From an uncultured Chlamydiae bacterium (GTDB lineage: Bacteria; Chlamydiota; Chlamydiia; Chlamydiales; JAJFMA01), in assembly GCA_963713615.1 (NCBI GenBank), contig CAVQMM010000001.1, positions 3,392,001-3,456,000 of the forward strand: a stretch of 64,000 nucleotides of DNA. Direction: 5' to 3'. The notes below the pieces were generated by a model. That model searched no databases and was not told the DNA's origin. It saw only the letters and a list, made by a program, of their open reading frames with translations. This document shows positions 19,870-29,930 of the stretch, piece after piece; the first letter of the stretch is position 1, and each line of letters starts with the position of its first letter. The translations under genes were made by a program, and so were the position numbers.

Positions 19870-20764
19870 CAGGTCTTCGACGAGGCGCTTCTTGGCAGGT
19901 TGTCTGACAGCATCCTTCAAACTTATTAACACATGTGGGGCAGCAAAGAAAGAGCTCATTGCAGTCCATATTGGCACAGTTATAGTAACTCTCGCTGGGA
20001 GTCCCACAATGATGGCATGCACCTACTACAGGAGCTGGCTGATCCGTTAAAGGAACTGTCAACCGATCATCAAAGACAAAAAGCCTACCAAGCCAGTGTG
20101 CATTGCCAACCTCCTGAGCATACTTGATGACCCCGCCCTCAAGTTGATAAATGCGCTCAAAGCCCTGTTCTCGCATTAGAGACGAAAAGACCTCACAACG
20201 GATTCCACCTGTGCAATACATCATCACAGGAGTTTGCTTAGGGTCAACACGCTCTTTTAAGCCCATCAGGTAGTCGTTAAATTCTCGGAACTGTGAACAA
20301 GGGGGCTGCTCAGCACCTTCAAAATGGCCAACCTTGCCCTCATAAGCATTGCGTACATCCAGGAGTAGATGTCCATCATCTTTCTCCAACATCTGTTCCC
20401 ATTGCTTCGGTGAAACATGCTCACCACGCAACGAAAGGTCGACCTCACAATCCAACGCCACAAGTTGCTTGCGGTATTTAACGGTTAGGCGTGGAAAGAC
20501 GTGCTCGTGATGTTCTTGCACCTTAAAGTCGATAGCTTGGAACGGCTGACGTGCTTTACACCAGTCCATGTAAGTCTGTCCATCAGTCTTGGAAGCAGAC
20601 AATTGTGCATTGACACCCTGTTCGGAAAGATAGATCCTAGCCGTAACATCCTTATCTTGGAGGAACGCTTTGTGGGCCAATACCTCTGCATGAGGATCTT
20701 CGATTTTCTCAAAAAGATAGAAGGCGATGACTAGGTAATTTGATGGCTGTGTCATAGTAAGCAA
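19724..20764 (-). CDS. trhO: Rhodanese-domain tRNA hydroxylase (YceA/UPF0176)
   Basis: LDVRN.YE..GHF, YCTGGIRCE, YQLEGG, FVFDDR and NCANMDC motifs. Confidence 0.92.
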   Translation of the reverse strand: MLTMTQPSNYLVIAFYLFEKIEDPHAEVLAHKAFLQDKDVTARIYLSEQGVNAQLSASKTDGQTYMDWCKARQPFQAIDFKVQEHHEHVFPRLTVKYRKQLVALDCEVDLSLRGEHVSPKQWEQMLEKDDGHLLLDVRNAYEGKVGHFEGAEQPPCSQFREFNDYLMGLKERVDPKQTPVMMYCTGGIRCEVFSSLMREQGFERIYQLEGGVIKYAQEVGNAHWLGRLFVFDDRLTVPLTDQPAPVVGACHHCGTPSESYYNCANMDCNELFLCCPTCVNKFEGCCQTTCQEAPRRRPVSHQHPHKPFRKWYHYAQHKSDLWGLKGSDVGGVSSPSCSGESHQPLQ

Positions 20765-20845
20765 GTGGTTAAATTAGAGCATTTATTGTAGCGGATTCAC
20801 CCTTTTTTGCCTAGAGAGAGGGAATAGGAGAAGGAGTTAGGAGTT

Positions 20846-21076
20846 TACCACAGAGACGCAGAGATGGGATAGAGAGGAGAAAAGCAAGGAAAGTTGAATG
20901 TGTTTTATCGTTTTTGAATGGTTTTTATTGTTGTTGGTTTAATAAATGTCCATTTGTCCATAGAGTCCATGATGTCCATTACTGTCCATATCGTCCACTA
21001 GACCTATCCTAGATGGACTATAGGAATGGACCATGTGGACAGGAATGGACATCATGGACAATATGGACGAATGGAC
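20846..21076. repeat. Family E half arm plus family C (GTCCAT)n/(ATGGAC)n modular hairpin
   Basis: Six GTCCA units at 7-10-bp spacing mirrored by TGGAC units (20948-21076); closely similar to 55149-55252. Confidence 0.88.
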
Positions 21077-21144
21077 CTGCCTTAATAGTATCTTAACGAA
21101 GAGTACTTATACTTTGCCCTTTACACTAAGCTTGGGGAGGACAA

Positions 21145-21681
21145 ATGCTCAGTCATGTGACACGATCGTTGTTCTTGAATCATATTGCCCCTGATCTTTA
21201 CCGCACTGCACAAGGACGGGCTTCCGGGAAAGAGCTCTTAAAGCAGCGCGTGGACCATGCCTTTATGACTCTCGTGTGTATTGGAGTCCCTTGCGTGCTA
21301 TCTTACCTAAGCTATAAATGTGCTATGGTTGTATACAATTGTGACTTATCTTGCTGTGCGCAATTCTTTGCCGGGAATACATCAAAAATTTCGTGTCTTC
21401 TAGAGACGGCTAAAGCCATTACCGTGGGATTCGTAGGCACACACCTTGCTATTGGGGTGATCACCGCTGGCGGTGGTGGAACCAAGGATCGCAATGGATG
21501 GATTGAACGAACTATTTATCACCTCAAAGGTTTTTGGGATCCGAGCATAGCCGCGCAGATGGATTGCGACAAATTGGTTGCAGACTTCAAAAGGATATCG
21601 GCAGGCTTGCCCATAATTGGCTTGTACGTAGCCGCATTTTCCTTTGCAGCCTTTTGGGTTCTGCCCTCCATACTACGGTAA
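21145..21681 (+). CDS. Hypothetical membrane protein
   Basis: 178-aa ORF with GGAGG RBS and three hydrophobic segments. Confidence 0.65.
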   Translation: MLSHVTRSLFLNHIAPDLYRTAQGRASGKELLKQRVDHAFMTLVCIGVPCVLSYLSYKCAMVVYNCDLSCCAQFFAGNTSKISCLLETAKAITVGFVGTHLAIGVITAGGGGTKDRNGWIERTIYHLKGFWDPSIAAQMDCDKLVADFKRISAGLPIIGLYVAAFSFAAFWVLPSILR

Positions 21682-21785
21682 GCCACCCGGATTAGGAGTT
21701 GGAGAAAATCGCGCAGGCGTGCGATAATTAAGAATGGATAATCAATGAAACACCCCATTTATAGATCACTAAGGAGTGATAGGTC

Positions 21786-22100
21786 ATGGCAGACTCCCTC
21801 GTACATCTTGATGATGACAATTTTGATAAAGAAATTGCCCAAGGAACAACACTAGTCGATTTTTTTGCGGATTGGTGTGGTCCTTGCCGCATGATGGAGC
21901 CCCTCATCCACGAGTTGGCTGATGAGCTAAAAGGTAAGGTTAAAGTTGGTAAGCTGGACATTGAAAAGGCTCAAAAAACGACAGCAACCCTTCAAGTGAC
22001 TTCAATTCCCACCTTGATTGTTTTCAAGGATGGTAAAGAGGTGAATCGTATCGTTGGTCTCAAGGACAAAGACTCACTAAAGCGTTTAGTGGGAGTCTAG
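21786..22100 (+). CDS. trxA: Thioredoxin
   Basis: WCGPC active site. Confidence 0.97.
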   Translation: MADSLVHLDDDNFDKEIAQGTTLVDFFADWCGPCRMMEPLIHELADELKGKVKVGKLDIEKAQKTTATLQVTSIPTLIVFKDGKEVNRIVGLKDKDSLKRLVGV

Positions 22101-22161
22101 CATCTCGCGGGGCGTAGTTTTTATCACGCTATTGCCCCACCACTTGTGACTTAAAAAAGGG

Positions 22162-22614
22162 ATGATCATGTTCAGCTCGAGCCACGATACCTATGTCTGC
22201 AGACTGCTTCCTAATGACCACTTGAAAGAAGAACTTCTGGAATTTGCCCGAAAACTTGATCTGAGGGCGGCTTACATCGTCACCTGTGTGGGTAGCTTGC
22301 GACATGCGCATCTCCGCCTCGCTGATGCTCGTGAAGGCACGACGTGGACAGCGAAAATGGAAATTGTGTCACTAGTTGGTACTTTTTTCAATGGAGGATG
22401 TCATTTGCATATTTCACTGGCTGATGGTCAGGGAAAAATGATTGGAGGACATCTTCTAGACGGATGTATCATCCACACGACTGCTGAGATTGTCATTGGA
22501 GAAGCTAAACAGCTTGAATTCTATCGAGAAACAGATCTCGCCACGGGACACCTTGAATTGGGTGTTAAAACTCGCGAAGCCTCTCACCCATCGCTTCAAG
22601 AAAACCCCTGCTGA
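22162..22614 (+). CDS. PPC/DUF296 domain protein
   Basis: TCVGSL, EIVSLVGT, HLHISLAD, GGHL and TTAEIV motifs. Confidence 0.9.
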   Translation: MIMFSSSHDTYVCRLLPNDHLKEELLEFARKLDLRAAYIVTCVGSLRHAHLRLADAREGTTWTAKMEIVSLVGTFFNGGCHLHISLADGQGKMIGGHLLDGCIIHTTAEIVIGEAKQLEFYRETDLATGHLELGVKTREASHPSLQENPC

Positions 22615-23045
22615 CGCCACGCCTCATAAACAACAATCCCCACAGATGTTGCAAGGTTCAGGCAACGTTGCTTGGGACGCATCGGAATAGTGCGGAAATT
22701 GTCAGCCCATTGGCTTACAATTTCTTCCGGAAGACCAGATGTTTCGGAACCAAAGACCAATAGATCATCAGGGCCATAGCCAGGATTGTCATAGAGGCGC
22801 GTCGCTTTGCTGGAAAAGAAATAGATGCCACCAATTACCTGATCGAAAATTTCTTCCAGACTATCAACAATAATGACATTGACTCCCTCCCAGTAGTCGA
22901 GACCTGCACGCTTGAGCCATCGATCGGAAATACTAAATCCTAGTGGACGAACTAGAACAAGATCACAACCCGTCACAGCACATGTTCGCACGATGTTGCC
23001 ACAATTTTGGGGAATCTGCGGCTGGTAAAGGACAACCTTCATCAT
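22596..23045 (-). CDS. trmL: tRNA (cytidine/uridine-2'-O)-methyltransferase
   Basis: PQIPQNCGNI, RAGLDYW, FGSETSGL and LNLATSV SPOUT motifs. Confidence 0.95.
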   Translation of the reverse strand: MMKVVLYQPQIPQNCGNIVRTCAVTGCDLVLVRPLGFSISDRWLKRAGLDYWEGVNVIIVDSLEEIFDQVIGGIYFFSSKATRLYDNPGYGPDDLLVFGSETSGLPEEIVSQWADNFRTIPMRPKQRCLNLATSVGIVVYEAWRQQGFS

Positions 23046-23071
23046 TAACCTAAAACTAAATCAAGATACCA

Positions 23072-23099
23072 AAAAGCCACCATCGAGAGATAGTGGCTT
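23072..23099 (-). terminator. Putative intrinsic terminator after mip
   Basis: AAGCCAC...GTGGCTT stem followed by a T-run on the minus strand. Confidence 0.45.
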
Positions 23100-23124
23100 C
23101 AAAGAATGAAGGTTACTGGTTGGA

Positions 23125-24207
23125 CTACCTGTGGGGATGAAAGTAATAGCGCGATTGAGGCTGCTTTGGGCTCACAGGTGGATTTTGCGATTGCTGCGGC
23201 TGCAGTTCATCCCAGTCATCCAGGCTATTACCTTCGTCGTCATCGTCCTCACTTTCGCTGCTATTTGTTTGCACAGCGGCGACAGGGTGAGCCAACGAGC
23301 TTCGATGTTGGGCCTGTGGCTGGGTATTACGGTCATCTTCGTCGTCCTCCTCATTATCCAATGTAAGGTCCCAATCATCTTCTTCAGGCTCATCCTGAAC
23401 TGGGGCTTGTTGATAACCTTGTGCCTTCTGTTGTTGCTGTCGAACGCCTAAACGTGAATTAACATTGTCGTCAGCTTTAACGACTTCTACTTCAAATAAC
23501 AATAACGAATTGGGAGCTATGTTCCCAGTAGTTCCATAAGCAGCGTCAGGGTGGATAAAGATACGGCGCTTCTCACCTTCCTGCATGCCTACGACCCCTA
23601 GACGAAATCCGGGAATCATGTCATCCAAAGGCACTGGGAGGGCCTTGTTATCTTCTGTCTGTGTGAAAATAGTCCCATCAATAAAACGTCCAACGAAACG
23701 TAGGATAGGAACGGTATGCGCTTCCACACGTGGTCCATGCCCACGCTGCAATATGACAAACTGTACCTTTCCGGGAGCGGCTTGCACAATGTCCGAACGC
23801 TTGCCATTAGAGAGCATGAAGGCATCGGCTAGCGCAAGATTGAAGTTGGCCAATTCCTGAAAATGCTGACTGCGGAAGTTAGAGATAATGCTGTCATATT
23901 CTTGTTCGCTTAGCGGAGCCGGTTTGCCTTGCACCCCATCATGTATGCCGGTGATGACATCATTGATATCCAGGTGAATGCCCTGTTTACTGATATCTTG
24001 GCCAATAAAATGGCCAAAGGCTTCCGACAGCTGATGTATGTCGGGCTGACGAGCTGCCCTTGTTGCAGGTGTCCCACGTCGTGGACGAGAGTCTTGGTTT
24101 TCTTCCGCTACCTCATCATGAATCCAGCTGATGTCAGCGTAGTTTGGAGATAGTAACAGGAAAGAACACAGAATAAATGTGGTGGTCAAGGAGCGTCTGG
24201 TGCTCAT
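23125..24207 (-). CDS. mip: FKBP-type PPIase (Mip-like) with a long acidic C-terminal tail
   Basis: Signal peptide, SEAFGHFIG (chlamydial Mip), MIPGF..G..GMQEGEKRRIFIHPDAAYG and PNSLLLFEVEV. Confidence 0.9.
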   Translation of the reverse strand: MSTRRSLTTTFILCSFLLLSPNYADISWIHDEVAEENQDSRPRRGTPATRAARQPDIHQLSEAFGHFIGQDISKQGIHLDINDVITGIHDGVQGKPAPLSEQEYDSIISNFRSQHFQELANFNLALADAFMLSNGKRSDIVQAAPGKVQFVILQRGHGPRVEAHTVPILRFVGRFIDGTIFTQTEDNKALPVPLDDMIPGFRLGVVGMQEGEKRRIFIHPDAAYGTTGNIAPNSLLLFEVEVVKADDNVNSRLGVRQQQQKAQGYQQAPVQDEPEEDDWDLTLDNEEDDEDDRNTQPQAQHRSSLAHPVAAVQTNSSESEDDDDEGNSLDDWDELQPQQSQNPPVSPKQPQSRYYFHPHR

Positions 24208-24332
24208 GCGAATCCCTCCATAGGTGCGCGGTGAGTTACGATCCTATGTTAATAAGTAGATTTGCGCCAAGAAAATTCTTTGTATTGACGAGGCATAACT
24301 TGAAGTCTCATGGGAAGCGCCTTAAAATAGAC

Positions 24333-24393
24333 TATAGCATGCGCGGTTAGATTTGGCGCAGTCGAATGCGTCAAATCTAACCGCGCGTGGTAT
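24333..24393. repeat. Family B hairpin (TATA..GCGCGGTTAGATTTG...CAAATCTAACCGCGCGTGGTAT)
   Basis: Inverted arms; halves at 4095 and 7492; short derivatives at 3705, 26104, 41404 and 43176. Confidence 0.85.
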
Positions 24394-24697
24394 GCACTCG
24401 GTTCAAATTCAATTTATGAGCGAGTGAGGTATAACCAACTCATGCACATCTGTTGATTGCTTTTGTAGATGTCATAAACGGTTTTGTTCAAATTTCAGGC
24501 GATAAATCCCTTGAGGAAAAATGAATTTCAGGGTACAACAGATCTTTGTCCGATCATGTTGCAGTTGTGCTTATTGGCGGATATTCGTGGATTATACCCT
24601 GCAAATTTGGGGATGAGGTTTATCGGTTTGGTGGTGCAAGAGAGTTTGTTTTATTCAACGGCCGGTTAAAAAAACCTAGTAAATTAGGAGAACGCGC

Positions 24698-26071
24698 TTG
24701 AACAGGTTAATCGCCGTTTTTAAGGCTGCACCTCCAGCTCCGGAAATCACAGATCCTGTCGTTGTGGCTAAGGCATACAAAGAATGGCGGGTGCGTATTT
24801 TCGCATCTATCCTTCTTGGCTATGCCTTCTACTATTTTACGAGAAAGAGCTTCACCTTTGCTATGCCGGCCCTCATGCAGGACCTCGGCTTCGATAAAGG
24901 TCAACTTGGTTTTTTAGCGACTGTTCTCTCATTGACCATCGGACTTAGCAAATTCCTTAGTGGTATTCTAGCTGATCGTGCCAACGCCAGATATTTCATG
25001 GCTTTCGGCTTGATCATGACGGGTGTCTTCAACATCTGTTTTGGCTTATCATCTTCATTACTTTGGTTTGCCATCTTCTGGGGTCTAAACGGTTGGTTCC
25101 AAGGATTTGGTTGGCCCCCTTGCGCTCGACTACTTACGCACTGGTATTCCCGGTCCGAACGGGGGACATGGTGGGCATCGTGGAACGCTTCTCATAATAT
25201 TGGTGGAGCCGTTATACCCCTAGTCGTTGGGCTATGTGCTATGTATTGGGGCTGGCGCGTCGCTATGTTTGTTCCCGGTGTGATGTGTATTGTTGGCGGT
25301 GTTCTGCTTATCTTTTTCCTTAGAGACACTCCTGAATCCATGGGCTTGCCACCAGTGGAGAGGTTTCGTAATGACGTTCAAGGAATGGCAAACGAGGACA
25401 CCACCCCTGGAAAAACCTACACTACCCGCGAAATTTTAGTAGAGTTTGTTTTAAAGAATAAGTTTATCTGGGTTCTGGCGGCCACCTACCTCTTTATTTA
25501 TATGATACGCATCGGGTTTAACGATTGGACAGCCCTCTTTCTCATTGAAAGCAAAGGATATACCCAGCTGGGAGCCAATGGCTGCGTCTCGGTGTTTGAA
25601 GTAGGTGGATTCTTAGGCAGCCTAGGTGCTGGCTGGGCTTCAGATCGCTTATTTCAAGCGCGTCGTGGTCCTGTAAATGCTCTCTATGCCTGCGGAATAG
25701 TGGGAAGCGTGTTGTTTTTCTGGTCAGTCCCAGAAGGCTATCCCATGCTCGACTCCATCGCGATGTTTCTAATCGGCTTTACCGTATTTGGCCCTCAGAT
25801 GCTCATAGGAGTAGCTGCTGCTGAGCTGTCACACAAAAATGCCGCTGCGACATCCACAGGTTTTATCGGCTGGTTTGCTTATGCGGGATCGGCAATAGCA
25901 GGCTATCCTCTAGGACGTATTGCAGAAGACTTTGGCTGGGAAGGCTTTTTTATTACAATGACCATTTGCAGCTTGGTTTCGACGGTTTTACTCTTTCCCT
26001 TGTGGTCAGCAGGAACACGACGTAGTCCGGAACCTGTTATTGTGCCGAATACCGAGCCATCAACCGCCTAG
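24698..26071 (+). CDS. uhpC: Hexose-phosphate MFS transporter
   Basis: YYFTRKSF, NGWFQGFGWPPC, ERGTWW..WN.SHN.GG, RDTPESMGLP and GPQMLIG; sits upstream of dnaE as in Chlamydia. Confidence 0.93.
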   Translation: MNRLIAVFKAAPPAPEITDPVVVAKAYKEWRVRIFASILLGYAFYYFTRKSFTFAMPALMQDLGFDKGQLGFLATVLSLTIGLSKFLSGILADRANARYFMAFGLIMTGVFNICFGLSSSLLWFAIFWGLNGWFQGFGWPPCARLLTHWYSRSERGTWWASWNASHNIGGAVIPLVVGLCAMYWGWRVAMFVPGVMCIVGGVLLIFFLRDTPESMGLPPVERFRNDVQGMANEDTTPGKTYTTREILVEFVLKNKFIWVLAATYLFIYMIRIGFNDWTALFLIESKGYTQLGANGCVSVFEVGGFLGSLGAGWASDRLFQARRGPVNALYACGIVGSVLFFWSVPEGYPMLDSIAMFLIGFTVFGPQMLIGVAAAELSHKNAAATSTGFIGWFAYAGSAIAGYPLGRIAEDFGWEGFFITMTICSLVSTVLLFPLWSAGTRRSPEPVIVPNTEPSTA

Positions 26072-26167
26072 CGGGTGTTTGACGCTAAGTCATAAGCTCC
26101 TGTTATACCATCCGCGTGTGGTATAGACAGCCAATTTTGAAATCGTTTCGGTATAGGCTCACGTAAC

Positions 26168-29100
26168 ATGGCTTGGATTCCTCTTCACGTTCATTCTCAG
26201 TATTCAATTCTAGAAGCTTTTGGTTCAGTTAAAGACATAGCAGCTAAAGCTGGGAAGCTGGGGATGCCCGCCGTTGCTTTGACAGATGGCGGTAATCTCT
26301 ACGGAGCTGTGGAATTTTTTAAGGCTTGTCGATACGCCAAGATTAAGCCGATCATTGGCTGCGAGATGTATGTAGCTCCTGAGTCGCGCCATCATAAGAA
26401 AAAAATTACCGGTAGCCGCCACAGCTATTCATTGGTCTTGTTAGCTAAAGATACCGATGGCTATCACAACCTATGTAAATTGAGTTCCATTGGCTTTCTC
26501 GAAGGAGCTTACTATAATCCACGTATTGACCTCGAAGTGTTGCAACAGTACAGTAAGGGCTTGATATGCCTTGCAGGATCACTTGGAAGTCGCTTGGCCG
26601 AGGATATTTTACAGGATGCCGAGAGCAAAATCATCGAGCAGCTCACTTGGTTCAAACAGGTTTTTGGCGATGACTTCTTCTTTGAGGTACAGCGTCATCC
26701 GATGTCTGACCAAGACCTTGCTACCGATGGGATGTATCAGGAGTCGTGGCTTCTCCAAAAATATCACGACTATTTTAGTCGACAAGAGAAGGTGAATGCT
26801 GCTCTTGTAAAACTGGGCGCCGAGCATGGCGTGCCTATTGTCGCCACTAATGCAAGTAAGTATCTGGACCGTGATGATTGGCGTGCGCATGAAATTTTGA
26901 TTAATATTCAGTCTGGAGAGCCTTGTGAAATCTGGGAAAAAGATGCACAGGGTAACCCCAAATTTCGCATCCCTAACCCTACTAGGAACACTTACCCTTC
27001 TCATGAGCTGTATTTCAAAACTCAAGACCAGATGGAGCTGCTTTTCAGCGATCTACCTGAAGCAATAGCCACAACACAAATAATAGCCGATAGATGCAAC
27101 CTGGAGCTCGACTTTAAGACCAAACACTACCCGGTTTATGTTCCACCAGATCTCAACGGTGTTAGTTTGACTGCTCTCGAGCGTGAACAGGCGGTTGAAA
27201 AATTCATCTGGAAGCTATGTGAAGAGGGTATTGAGCGACGTTATACTCCAGAACGCCTTGCCAAAGTAACTGAACGTTATCCTGGACGCGACCCTATGGA
27301 GGTTGTTCGCGAACGTTTAGCCTATGAAATGAACGTCATCTTGCCGAAGGGGATGTGTGACTATCTCCTAATCGTATGGGATTTTCTTGACTGGGCAAAA
27401 AAAAATGCTATTCCAGTAGGCCCTGGGAGGGGGTCCGGTGCCGGTTCAATCATCCTCTATCTTATCGGTGTTACCGATATCGAGCCTTTGCGATTTAGCC
27501 TCTTTTTCGAACGTTTTATCAATCCCGAGCGTATTTCCTATCCCGATATTGACGTAGATATTTGCATGGACCGTCGTGGTGAGGTGATCAATTATACGCT
27601 GGAAAAATATGGCCACGAGAATGTCGCTCAGATCATCACCTTCAATACGATGAAGGCGCGAAGTTCGATCAAAGACGTCGGTAGAGTTTTGAATGTCCCC
27701 TTAGCTAAGGTTAATACGATTACCAAACTCGTCCCTGATGACCTCAATATCACTCTCTCGACGGCTTTGGAAAAGGATGCTGATCTCTTCAGGCTTTACC
27801 AGGAGGATGAAGAAGCTCGGCGTGTTATCGATTATGCCAAGAAGCTTGAGGGCTCTGTTCGCAATAGTGGTATTCATGCCGCTGGTATTATCATCTGTGG
27901 CGATCCTCTGACCAATCATATTCCTATCTGCAGCGCCAAAGATAGTGATATGCCCGTGACACAGTACTCTATGAAGCCTGTGGAGGAGGTCGGTATGCTC
28001 AAAATCGACTTCCTGGGTCTAAAAACACTCACATCGATTCAGCTAGCCGTACGTGCCATCAAGGAAAGTACAGGCCGTGAAATCGATTGGATGAATCTTC
28101 CCCTGGATGATGAGCGTACCTTTGAACTGCTCAACCAGGGTAAAACAATGACAGTGTTTCAGCTGGAATCCGGTGGCATGCAGGATTTAGCTCGTCAGCT
28201 ACACCTGGATAAGTTTGAGGAAATCATCGCCGTCGGTGCCTTATATCGTCCGGGTCCTATGGACATGATTCCTTCTTTCATCAGCCGTAAGCATGGCCGT
28301 GAGCCCATCGAATATGACCACCCCTGGCTGTCCGATATCCTATCGGAAACTTATGGGATCATGGTCTATCAGGAACAGGTCATGCAGATCGCTAGCAAAA
28401 TGGCCAATTATAGCCTTGGTGAGGGTGATGTCCTCCGTCGCGCTATGGGTAAGAAGGAAGCTAGCATGATGGCCGAACAGCGGGAGAAATTCCGCTTAGG
28501 AGCTCTCCAAAACGACATCGATGAAGATACATCTATGCGTATCTTTGATAAGATGGAGAAATTCGCTGCTTATGGTTTCAACAAGTCCCACGCTACCGCC
28601 TATGGCTATCTAAGCTATGTCACAGGCTATCTGAAGGCTAACTTTCCCGGTGAATGGCTTGCCGCGCTGATGACCTGTGATGGCGATGATCTCGGCAAAG
28701 TGTCCAAGTATATCCGTGAAGCCCAAAACATGGGCCTCTCGATTCTTCCTCCCGATGTCAATGAAGCCGGAGCAACTTTTGTAGCTACTGAGAAGGGGAT
28801 TCGCTTTGCGATGACAGGGATAAAGGGAGTTGGATCAGGAGTCGTCGATCTCATTGTTGAAGACAGAAAGCGGAACGGGCCATTTAAGTCTTTCTACGAG
28901 TTTTTTAAACGCATGGATATCCGAAAGGTAGGCAAAAAGAACGTTGAATGCCTTGTCGATGCAGGATGTTTTGACTTCACCGGGTGGTCGCGTGATGAGA
29001 TGCGTGAGAGCATCGAACCCATGTTTGACCTGGCTTCTAAAGAGCGTGAGGATGCCGCTGCCGGTTACATGAGCTTGTTTGCAAAGCTTGAGGGTAGTGA

Positions 29101-29923
29101 CACGAAGCGATTTGCCAAACCTCCCAAGGTTAAAGAACAACGCTCGCGCATTCAGCTCCTCTTGCGTGAGAAGGAATTGCTCGGCTTTTTTGTTACCGGA
29201 CATCCCATCGAAGAATCGCGCGACTTGCTGCAACGCCTCTCTTGTGTATCCCTAAGCAAGGTTGAGAGCTTTGACCATGATGCTGTCTTTCGTGCAGCTT
29301 TCCTTGTAGAAAGCGTGCAGGTAAGATTGTCTTCCAAAACGCAAAAGAAATTTGCCATTCTGACTATCGGTGATGGCTTTGATTGTTATGAACTACCCAT
29401 CTGGTCCGAGTTATACGAGGAAAAAAAACACCTCTTAGCTGAAAATCAATTGCTGTATGCCGTCATCCAGGTCGATAAGCGCGAAGAGACGCTTCGCCTA
29501 TCCTGCCATTGGTTAGACGACCTCACAAGAGCTAATGACCACATGGTGCATGCTTGCGATTCTGCCTTTGACCGCATTAAGGCACAGGTTGGACGCTTCA
29601 GCAAAGGTCGTGCCGAAAAAGCCAAAAAAAAGGTGGAGCCCGAGCAGTCATTACCTAAAAAGGAAACGAAAATGTCTGAAAAGCTTCCTCAATATTTTGT
29701 GGTCGCCATTGATGTCGATGGTGTAAAACTCAGCCATATTGTGCAGATGAGACAAGCGTTTGACCAACATCCTGGTGAAACTCCTGTTCGACTAGACTTT
29801 GCTGCCGTTGATCGTTCCGTGGCTACGTTGTATGTTGATCAAGAGGTATCTGTCAAGGTGTCTCCAGCTTTGACAGCGGTTCTACAGGCTATCCCTGCCG
29901 TTACAGCAGTTGCTACGGAGTGA
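26168..29923 (+). CDS. dnaE: DNA polymerase III alpha subunit
   Basis: PHP domain LHVHSQYS, GPGRGSGAGS, PDIDVD, KIDFLGLKTL and YGFNKSH. Confidence 0.98.
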   Translation: MAWIPLHVHSQYSILEAFGSVKDIAAKAGKLGMPAVALTDGGNLYGAVEFFKACRYAKIKPIIGCEMYVAPESRHHKKKITGSRHSYSLVLLAKDTDGYHNLCKLSSIGFLEGAYYNPRIDLEVLQQYSKGLICLAGSLGSRLAEDILQDAESKIIEQLTWFKQVFGDDFFFEVQRHPMSDQDLATDGMYQESWLLQKYHDYFSRQEKVNAALVKLGAEHGVPIVATNASKYLDRDDWRAHEILINIQSGEPCEIWEKDAQGNPKFRIPNPTRNTYPSHELYFKTQDQMELLFSDLPEAIATTQIIADRCNLELDFKTKHYPVYVPPDLNGVSLTALEREQAVEKFIWKLCEEGIERRYTPERLAKVTERYPGRDPMEVVRERLAYEMNVILPKGMCDYLLIVWDFLDWAKKNAIPVGPGRGSGAGSIILYLIGVTDIEPLRFSLFFERFINPERISYPDIDVDICMDRRGEVINYTLEKYGHENVAQIITFNTMKARSSIKDVGRVLNVPLAKVNTITKLVPDDLNITLSTALEKDADLFRLYQEDEEARRVIDYAKKLEGSVRNSGIHAAGIIICGDPLTNHIPICSAKDSDMPVTQYSMKPVEEVGMLKIDFLGLKTLTSIQLAVRAIKESTGREIDWMNLPLDDERTFELLNQGKTMTVFQLESGGMQDLARQLHLDKFEEIIAVGALYRPGPMDMIPSFISRKHGREPIEYDHPWLSDILSETYGIMVYQEQVMQIASKMANYSLGEGDVLRRAMGKKEASMMAEQREKFRLGALQNDIDEDTSMRIFDKMEKFAAYGFNKSHATAYGYLSYVTGYLKANFPGEWLAALMTCDGDDLGKVSKYIREAQNMGLSILPPDVNEAGATFVATEKGIRFAMTGIKGVGSGVVDLIVEDRKRNGPFKSFYEFFKRMDIRKVGKKNVECLVDAGCFDFTGWSRDEMRESIEPMFDLASKEREDAAAGYMSLFAKLEGSDTKRFAKPPKVKEQRSRIQLLLREKELLGFFVTGHPIEESRDLLQRLSCVSLSKVESFDHDAVFRAAFLVESVQVRLSSKTQKKFAILTIGDGFDCYELPIWSELYEEKKHLLAENQLLYAVIQVDKREETLRLSCHWLDDLTRANDHMVHACDSAFDRIKAQVGRFSKGRAEKAKKKVEPEQSLPKKETKMSEKLPQYFVVAIDVDGVKLSHIVQMRQAFDQHPGETPVRLDFAAVDRSVATLYVDQEVSVKVSPALTAVLQAIPAVTAVATE

Positions 29924-29930
29924 GTAAATT

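Noticed and set aside
20948..21076. GTCCAT/ATGGAC arrays as a CRISPR array
   Set aside because: Units are 5-6 bp with 3-4-bp spacers arranged as an inverted pair; there are no 23-47-bp direct repeats and no cas genes.
26880..27020. Insertion in the DnaE PHP region as a possible intein
   Set aside because: It is short, lacks intein terminal motifs, and the protein length is normal for chlamydial DnaE.
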